The position numbers and the translations under genes were made by a program. 64,000 nt of DNA from Octopus sinensis. Its lineage: Eukaryota. The stretch spans positions 7,316,001-7,380,000 of the forward strand of contig NC_043002.1 in assembly GCF_006345805.1 (NCBI RefSeq). Direction: 5' to 3'. Shown piece by piece: positions 54,955 through 64,000 of this stretch. The notes beneath the pieces were generated by a model. The model saw only the letters and a program-made list of their open reading frames with translations, ran no database searches and was not told where the DNA came from. How positions within the stretch are numbered: position 1 is the first letter of the stretch; each line of letters opens with the position of its first letter.

Positions 54955-55305
54955 AATTCACAAACCCTGTTACAAAAGGACGAATCCAAAAGTTTCGACC
55001 TGCTAAATCCATCAAACAAGCCTACCACATACAACTGTTTAGTTTCTTAAAGAGATAAGATACACTTGGTATTATAGTATTATACCTCTCTTCCCCCAAC
55101 TAGTGATGGCCATGGCTGAAACGCCTTTGACCATGTAGAACATCTATGTGATAGCTCAACTAGCTATAAATTTCTGCTAATATCTCCATCAAAATACAGC
55201 CTTCTGTCTTAAAAGAAGAATATTTGATTCACTGGCCAATATTTTTCCTGCTCTCTCTCTCTCTCTCTCTCTCTCTCTTGATATCTATATCTATATATAT
55301 ATATA

Positions 55306-56235
55306 TAAACAGAGAAATGAAACTAAAAATATGGGAACGTGTGACAGGTATTATTTTTGATCCTAGTTCTGCTCATCCGAATGTGACCGGGGTTGATCAG
55401 AGAAAAAAAGAGCCTCGGGAAGTGGCTACTTCTTGTCTAGGAGAGTATTTTTGGACAAGGTGCCAGTCCAATGCATGGTTGACCCCAGCACCTCGTTTAT
55501 ATATATATGTATATGTATTATGTATGTATGTATGTATGTATGTATACGCGCGCGTGTGTGCCTGATATGATAGCTTCGGTTGGAATGTCTTTGGTCAGTC
55601 TGGGATAAAGTGCGATTAAACCACAACCACTAACACAGCAACAACGAAGTTTTAATAGATTTTGTCTTCGCACTTTTACTGCTATTCTTGCTAGTATTCC
55701 GAAAAGTAACAAGGGAATCAATCATTGATCGAAATTTTGAGAGAATAGTCCAAATTAGTGCAAATTCTTTAAAGATGTTCTTCACGTTTTCTCTTTGTCG
55801 TTTAATTAATTTGTTCTGTTTTAGATCTGATTTTAACAGAAATGTGATATAATATCTAATGTGACATTTAATACATTAGCTAGTTTCTCTTTCATCTTTT
55901 ATTCAGAGATGGAGTGACGGTCTACAGAATGGTTGTCGTTTTGAGTGTAGGTAAGGCGAGTTGACTCGTACCTAGAGTGTTTCGTTCATATTTGTAAAGT
56001 CATTGATTCGATTGTTAGACGGAGTACTTAAATACATGTTGGTCCAGTCTGTCGGCTATAAACGAGTGCTGAGGTCAACCATGCACTGGAGTGGCACCTC
56101 GTCCAAAAATTGTTTCCTAGACTAGGCACAGCTCTTTGTTCTCTGATTAACCCTGGTCACCTTCGGATTAGCAGAACTATGATCAAAAATAATCCGTCAC
56201 ACCTTCCCGTATTCTTAGTTTTATTTCTCCGTTTA
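55306..56235. repeat. Inverted repeat pair (~180-195-bp arms, 555-bp spacer)
   Basis: 55306-55501 is the approximate reverse complement of 56057-56235 (TATAAACGAG..GTCAACCATGCA..GCAGAACTA.GATCAAAAATAAT..ATTTCTC.GTTTA). Confidence 0.75.
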
Positions 56236-56688
56236 GATTGTTTATTGCGTCCTTTTCAGTCCCCAAATGACAGAAGGTTATGTTCTGAGAGAAGTTTGGC
56301 CCCTATTTCTACCAGGGCAAATAAACATTCGAAGACTAAATCGTACCCAGGGCTGCCAGATTGGGCTTACAACAAGTAGCATATTAGGACGCTTCTTGAT
56401 ACGTTAGCCCGATAGCATCTTAAAATTAGGCAACTTCCTGCTTTTAAATTCTAATTTGTAAATTGTAAGAAACCTATTTAATATCATTTACAATAATTAA
56501 CTAAGTATATTAGAGCCGACGTACAACCACGTTTGTGTGTACAGCATTTCTATTCGTTGAATGCGAGAATAAAGTACATGACTAAAATTTTTTAAATTAT
56601 GTAAATCTTTCGTTTTATTTGAGGTAGCTGGATACAAGCTATATGAAATGGTTAATGTTGATAGTACCGCAAATATATCGTTTTCATT

Positions 56689-56880
56689 GCGTAGCAGAAT
56701 TTCGTCTGCTGCTATATGCTGAGTTCAAATACCGCCGAGATCGACTTTGCCTTTTATCCTTTTGGGGTCGATTAAATAAGTACAAGTTACGTACTGGGGT
56801 CGATATAATCGACTTAATCCGTTTGTCTGTCCTTGTTTGACCCCTCTGTGTTTAGCCCCTTGTGGGTAATAAAGAAATAG
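56689..56880 (+). mobile_element. SINE family A, 5'-truncated with 18-bp TSD
   Basis: AAATATATCGTTT(T/C)CATT at 56671-56688 and 56881-56898. Confidence 0.88.
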
Positions 56881-56942
56881 AAATATATCGTTTCCATTTA
56901 TGAAATTTCATGCTTAGTTTTAAGTAACAGGAATCACACCTG

Positions 56943-56943
<1 letters not shown>

Positions 56944-57027
<84 letters not shown>

Positions 57028-57136
57028 TACATACATACATACATACATACATACATACATACATACATACATACATACATACATACATACATACATACAT
57101 ACATGCATGCATGCATGCATGCATGCATACATACAT
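56944..57136. repeat. (CA)n-(CATA)n-(CATG)n compound microsatellite
   Basis: Direct inspection. Confidence 0.95.
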
Positions 57137-58614
57137 AATCTATTACTAGTAAAATTTTCGTTCTGGCTTATTTTCTAACATAAACCGCGATTTTTCGAAA
57201 ATTTTCTTCTAATCTTTATAAAGTTGATATAGCAAGAGCTTGTTTGTAGGTTAATGTAATACGACACTTCATATCAAGATATCAAATTATGGTAAGACAT
57301 GGTTTGAATGCTTGCAACAAAAAGTGGTTTCTGCTAGAAGATACTCAAGGTGGTGTTCGATCGGATGGCCAATTAGGCCTACCATCCAATAAAAAGTGCA
57401 ATCCAACAAGTTTTTGAACTAAACATGAATTGATCCGATGCTATGAAAGAAGATATGTTTCTCAGCGTGCCGTGCAGTGAAAACGAAACAGGAACCGTGT
57501 GATTACGAAGCAAATTTTCTAACCACTCAGCCAAGCCTGAGCTTGAGAAATAGGAAAAACGAGCAGAACAACCAATCCTTATCAATCATAGTAGTAGCTT
57601 ATAACTGTAGATTAAAAAATATATATAAATAAATATAGTAAATGAATAGCGAATTACTTAAAAATAAATAGAATATATTTGTCTCGAGGAAATTCGATAT
57701 TATAAGACTTTGTATAAATCTATTCGAGATCAGAGCAAATAAAGAACGAAAGCCGAATAAATTGCTTGAGAGATGAATATATTGATATAAATAGTGAGTG
57801 ATGTGAATGGAATTGACAAAGAATTTCTATGAAATAAATTAGTAAATTAGTATTTAAAATACACACACACAACAGTTCTTTATTAGTTACGAAAATTAAC
57901 TGTCCAGCATAAAAGGAAAGTCATCTTGAATTCAAATGCAATTAGCCATTATAAGAAGTTGGTTGTTTTTGTTGCTGTTGTTAGCTGCAGGTCAGTTGCA
58001 ATTAAGCAGATTTATGATCGAAGACGTTACAGCCATGACTATCCCGTCCTTTGTGTGCACTTATGACTACCTCGGTAAATGTGTCCTTCTCCTCCGACTC
58101 CTATTTTTTAGGCTGATTTAGCTGCTATCTCTATCTTGTTGGCTCGTAAATACAAAGCTGGTGTTTATAATTGCTAGATATGTGTGTCAATAATTATTTC
58201 TTTTGGTCAAGCATGTGGCGTTGGTTTTCCTGAACGAATATATAATACTCTAAAGTGATTGACATTTCTATTTTGTCTTCACTCAGTTTCGAACCGCAGC
58301 CAGATCGTGGACCCGGTTCAAACACAATTTATTTTGTGTACCAGTAGCACTCTCTACTAGCGATCGGGTGAGCCTGTATTTTGTAAGCACTCTACCTGCT
58401 TGAAATTTTTGCCAAATTTCCCACAAATCACATTCCAGTTTTAGATAATAACATACTCTAGATAATTTAACTCGACACAAAAACATACGCATAAAAAACA
58501 AATAAAATCTGGCTCTACTCCTCCAGTGTTGACCAGGTATTAAACAACAACGAAATAATGTTCGGTATTGAAGATACCAATAATAATTATTTCTAATTTA
58601 GCGCACGGCCATCA

Positions 58615-58780
58615 ATTTGGAGCGGAGAGGATTAGTCAACGCCATCGGGTCTAGTACTTGAGTACTACAGTAATACTTTATCTTAGTGACCCCGAAAGGA
58701 TGGAGGGAAGAACCGAGAACGTAAAGAACCGGAACAAATATTGCAAAGCATTTTGTCTGATACTCCAGTGATTTAGCCAA
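58615..58780 (-). mobile_element. SINE family A, decayed
   Basis: GACCCCGAAAGGATGG...GAGAACGTAAAG. Confidence 0.55.
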
Positions 58781-59654
58781 GAATATTTTTAAAAATTTCT
58801 CAATGTCCAATGTGTCAAAAAATAAAGACAGAATGGTAGCTGCCATAAAAGGGAAGAGAGAAAATTAATTTCAGTCGTACAAGAAATCGCCTGCAGATCG
58901 ATATTTGAACAGAGGAAAAGTGAAAATGGAGAAAAACAATAAATGTAACAACAACAGGTGGTCGATCGATCTGTCTGAAACCAACCAAATTTCTTCAAGT
59001 CGCAACCTACGAACAACAAACAAGGGAGTTTCTATGTGAGGCTCAACCTGCAAGAAGTACCACCAAATCACCCACAAATTACACGATACCTTGTTACTAA
59101 GTAGAAAAACAGTCGAGATGGTCACGACTGGAACGCCTTTGATTATAGGTCTACTCGATCGAAACTGACTTTCGGGTAAACAACGACAGCAACTCGTATC
59201 CTACTGTCTTAAAGGCAAGAGAAAGGACGTTGAACAATTGTCCAATACTATTGACTGCATCAGTCCACAGCCCTCAAATAATTTCCACTTTAAGCTCATG
59301 ACCAAGGGATTCAATATATATAACTCCTATTACTCGGTTGGTACCTTATCTTATTGACCTCGGAAGAATAAAAGGCAGAACTGACTCCAACGCGATGCCA
59401 GCTACTTCGTTTCGCGCTAAAAGTCAATACGTTGCACTTCAAATGATAGTATTCATCCCCATCATATAGAAAGAAAAACGATAATGTATCTCCTATACAA
59501 AAATCAACAAATGGAAAAAGATATTTTTTTTTCCAGCTCAATTTTACAGATGAGTATAAAACGAAAGAAAACATCTGGCAACAAGTAGCAAATAAAAACA
59601 TAAATTCTAGACCTGTTCCAGTGCAAATCACTGACGGAAACTAATTAAGAAATA

Positions 59655-59697
<43 letters not shown>

Positions 59698-61678
59698 ATA
59701 TATATATGTATACCATACTGTTTATAATCTATATATATATACATATATATATACACATACACATATGCATATATATATATATATGTGTGTGTATACATAT
59801 ACACATCACAAACACATACATGTGTCTGTGCGTTAGCCAATACTTTTTGAAAAAAACTCTTGGAGAATGATAAACAATAGCTAGATAATTTGACTTAGCT
59901 GTTTACTTTTACTTAATTACCAAAGTTTTTTTTTTAATTTTATTCAAATTTATTTTTTTATTTATTTAATCTTCCAACACAGTTCATCCAGAAAGCAGGA
60001 AGGTAAAATTGACATAGAATCTTACGGTTAATTTAATATAAAACTAGTATTTAATTAAAGAGAATTCTTATAAATGTAATTGTAAACCGGAAAGTTGTTG
60101 TTATACTCAGAATGTGAATGGCAAATAGGTAAATTATAAAGCTGTACGCAGCCCCATCAGCTCTAGCACCATTTCACATTCAAACCAGACCCATATGTGA
60201 AGTAGTCTATACAAATTCTCATGTTGATAACAGGTGTATCAAAACGCAAAAACAAAAGAAAAATTACAAAAAATATAAAAATTGAAATAACAACACATTC
60301 AGCTTGAATCGCTCTGTTGTTTTGAATATATTCGGAGAATCTTTAACATGTAGTAGATTTTGGAAAGAGGTTTTCACTGATTGTTTTTCTGTTTCTTTAT
60401 AATATTATTGCGTGTGAGAGAGACACCGAATGTTGTTTTTATCAAAATATGGAATTTTCTACGTGTTTCTGAAAGGAAATCACGAATAAAACCACTGATT
60501 TCATTTCAAACAACGGGTCTCTAAGATGAAGGAGACCAACTGGCCTGCAAGAAAGAACAACCAAAAATCTCTCAAAGGACACCTTATTGTATTTTAAAAC
60601 AGCAAAAAACATTAAATAACGTAATCCTAGATAAACTGAAGGTCGTGATCCGAATCATAATCTTCAACACACCTGATTAGGAAGTCATAAACCACAATAT
60701 CTCTAAAGAAAGATAAATAAGCAATAATTTCAGTAGGATTTGATATCAGAATGAAATGACACCTAACAAAATGCCACAAGATTTTTTTTTACCTAACGCA
60801 CTTGTAGCTCTGCCCTCACTTCCAGTGCAATGTATATTTCATAGTTATAGTGCATCCCCAATGAGCTATAATTCTTTGGACTATCTCTATTAGCCAGTGT
60901 TTTGTACTCACTGTGTAACACATGTTAGTTATACCCTACGACACAACTCCATTAAGTTATTTTCCTGTCACCCATATTCAAGATATTCGTAATCTGAACA
61001 ACTAGATTCCCACTGTACCTACATATTTATATTGATCGTTCCTCGTCATTCCCAAGATATAGCATTTCGCTGAGGAGGTTCAAGAAGACCGAAATATGTC
61101 TGTTGCTTTCACCTGTTAGATTAAAAACAAGATCCTCTCCCATGCTATATTTCGTGTACGTTCTAAAAATTTTATTTGAACTTAATGGAACTACATCCTA
61201 TGCATGGCGATTTTTCAATCTTAAACACTTCTGTAAAAAACTATATAAGTTAACTAAAATGTTGGAGGTTATTCACCAAGTGTGCATAAACAAAATTTCG
61301 TAGAATAGTCATATCAGAAATGAAGAAGTCTTAAGAAAAGCACCGTCGTGGGGACTTCAAAACACGTTAACAGAACGAGGAAGGCAACTGTCTGGTGACA
61401 TCTTGCAATAGGGAAAACAGCACTATGATGGATACCAAAAAGGGAGGAGAGAAAATAAGGGAAAAAAATAATCCACGTGACATCAAAACTTGCAGAACAT
61501 TCTGAAAGCTGTCAACAGACAATAGGAAAACGATCAATCGAGAACATTGGAGCAGAAAAACCACCTGATACACACACAAAAAAAGTATGGCTAAATAAAT
61601 AGGGGAAAATTTTATCCTACGATACTAAATATGTATGGCTATACCGTATCTTGGATTATTTTGTAGAGCTCTCAACCA

Positions 61679-61709
<31 letters not shown>

Positions 61710-61711
<2 letters not shown>

Positions 61712-61928
61712 GGTGGTGAGCTGACAGAATCGTTAGCATGCCGGAAAACACGCTAAGCAGCATTTCGTCCGTCTTTACATTCTGAGTTCAAGTACCGCTG
61801 TCAACTTTGCCTTTCATTCTTTCCGGGTCGATAAAATAAGTACCAGTCAAGTACTAACCTCTCCCCTAAAATTTCCGGTCCTGTGCTTGTATCAGAAGGG
61901 ATTATTATTATTATTATTATTATTATTA
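61710..61928 (+). mobile_element. SINE family A subfamily with (ATT)n tail
   Basis: Complete head and central domain, embedded in (TTA)n like the copy at 592-813. Confidence 0.8.
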
Positions 61929-62032
61929 AGGGGGTAAACAGGCTGACATCAACATCGCTTGTGTGACGGTAATGTTCATTTACAACCATTCCGTGATTTG
62001 AAAAGGACATATACAAACACACACACACACAC

Positions 62033-62178
62033 GACGGACTTCTTCCAGTAAACGTTTACAAAATCCATTTACAATCTTTGACTAACTTGAAGCTGTTGTA
62101 GAAGACCCTTGCCCAGGGAGCGCTGCAGTGAGATTGAACCCGAAACCACATGGTTGGATGGCAAGCTTCTTAATCATA
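62033..62178 (-). mobile_element. SINE family B-related 5' half, decayed
   Basis: GAAGACCCTTGCCCAGG...GAACCCGAAACCACATGGTTGG. Confidence 0.6.
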
Positions 62179-62270
62179 TATATATTTATATAGTAAACAT
62201 GTGTATGTATTATATATATATATATATATATATGCGCTTATATATATTTATATAGTATACATGTGTGTGT

Positions 62271-62351
<81 letters not shown>

Positions 62352-64000
62352 CCAGTAATACATTGATCCGTTATCTATTTACTATATAGTACTACATACA
62401 AGACTTTAGCCTTTTCACTATTCCGAAAAATAAAGAAGGAAAGAAAAATCAATATTTGATCTACGCTTATTCTAACTTGAGTTATTACCCCGCTTGCTCT
62501 ATCACTAAGCAATATATTTTGTCGAAATTGCTTGTCTGTAGTATGTCTTTCAGGAGACTCCTTCTGAACTAGCGTCAGATTTCATTATCTCATGGATACT
62601 TTATTAATTATTTTGAAAAGTATTACCCCTTCATTTTCCTTGTTCTCAAAGTCCATCCTTCATGAGTCTGTACATTTAATTACGCAGCCAATCAGGCGTC
62701 CGTCTTTTCAATAGTAAAATGGCGTTTATTCTCTTTCCTTCTCAGGCGTCTCTCTCTCTTTCACTCCCTCTCTTTCAATTCTTTCTTTCTGTAACTCTAC
62801 AGTATTTCGTTGTTGTTCTTTCACTTATTCAGATCGCTCTTTCTCAATCACCCACTGCATTAAACCAGCTTTGACAGCTCCACCCCACATGCCATCTTTA
62901 TGTCAGTGATCAAAAGCTAAATAAGAAATGATACCGAAACTTCTTTTATTGCAGCGAAGGATGTCGAAAGAGTTGTCGGATGAAATGACCCAGATATCAC
63001 TAGTACTTGTTTTTCTGATTCCGTGCAGTCAGCATCCGATGGAATATTGTTGGTGAAGCGATGATTCTTAATCAAGTGGACACTTGAAACACCATTGAAC
63101 GATCCACAAAATCCTAATATTACAGAGAAGACTATTTTACAGAGCTTTTATCGCGGTGTAACAACGACACAGCCTCTGTGTTTGCTCGATCTGACAGAAA
63201 TAAGAAATAAATCTCAACTGAATCACTCTTTACCATCTTTTACAAAAAGCACATTGGATAATGTACTCTTAGATACATTACTTCTATAAGAAAAAAAGAC
63301 AGACGTGTTGGTCACTGTTGGAACATCTCCGATGATATGTTAAACAGCAGCAACATGTCCTGGTCCATTATCAATCCAACACAAGCGATTAGTAAATTTC
63401 AGTAATTCATGATAAATCATATGTTAAAATTATATTCCCGCCCCCCTATCCATTGCATGAACATAGTAAGAACGTTGAGCGTGTGTCTCGAATACAATGT
63501 AGCATTACTCGGGTGATCAGATACAGGCCACCACCGAGATTCAGTACTGCTACTTTCCCATGCAAATAGTACATTCGTTATATATGTGTGTGTTTGTATG
63601 TATGTGTGTTTGTATGAATGAGTTTTTGTATGAATGTGTATGTGTATTTAAATTGAACTTAAGACGAAACATGAAAACATCTGCTACAGTAACCAGAACA
63701 ATCAAAAAGCATTCGATTTGTTAGAAACAGCAACCATTAGCCCCTGAAATCACACAACCGAAAGGAAAGGTGGTAATACAGTGTACCTAATGCTGCAAGA
63801 GGTACATTATATTTCAAAAACAAGATGGTCCAAGCTAGAATACATTTGATTATAGCTCCACTGCATCACTGGCTTACATGGGGCTAAACAACAACCTCGA
63901 CTCCGAGGAACCTTCTTTTTGATGGCTCTTCCTACTAGAAATAGCAGCTTAATCTCTCTTATCATTATTCTAATTCTCTTGCAAAGTAAATGACTAGCTG

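Noticed and set aside
62955-63060. Good 3' splice site TTCTTTTATTGCAG followed by a short open frame
   Set aside because: No matching donor with a sensible peptide; it may be decayed repeat sequence.
1-64000. CRISPR arrays, rRNA genes or prokaryotic operons
   Set aside because: There are no regular repeat-spacer arrays or rRNA-like sequence; the DNA is clearly eukaryotic and repeat-rich.

Overview
Eukaryotic, very AT-rich, microsatellite-saturated non-coding DNA. The repeat repertoire is most consistent with an octopus (cephalopod) genome; this is inferred from the repeat families, not proven. I recognise no intact protein-coding gene. Nearly all listed ORFs are microsatellite or SINE translation artefacts, so the window is probably intronic or intergenic. 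Supported content: many copies of at least four tRNA-derived SINE families, an older ~200-bp dispersed repeat, a complete but internally deleted Tc1 transposon (41297-42361), a decayed RTE-clade LINE (~19500-21030), a young CR1/L2 LINE 3' end (25379-25663), and several fold-back elements. The most interesting signal is a set of different short non-autonomous elements carrying minimal type I hammerhead-ribozyme (HHR) folds of the Penelope-like-element (PLE) type, two of them as inverted pairs. One is a head-to-head palindrome of a tRNA/Pol III-headed, HHR-tailed element (52604-53190). An unidentified ~750-bp decayed reading frame (30685-31430, minus strand) may be a viral or transposon relic.
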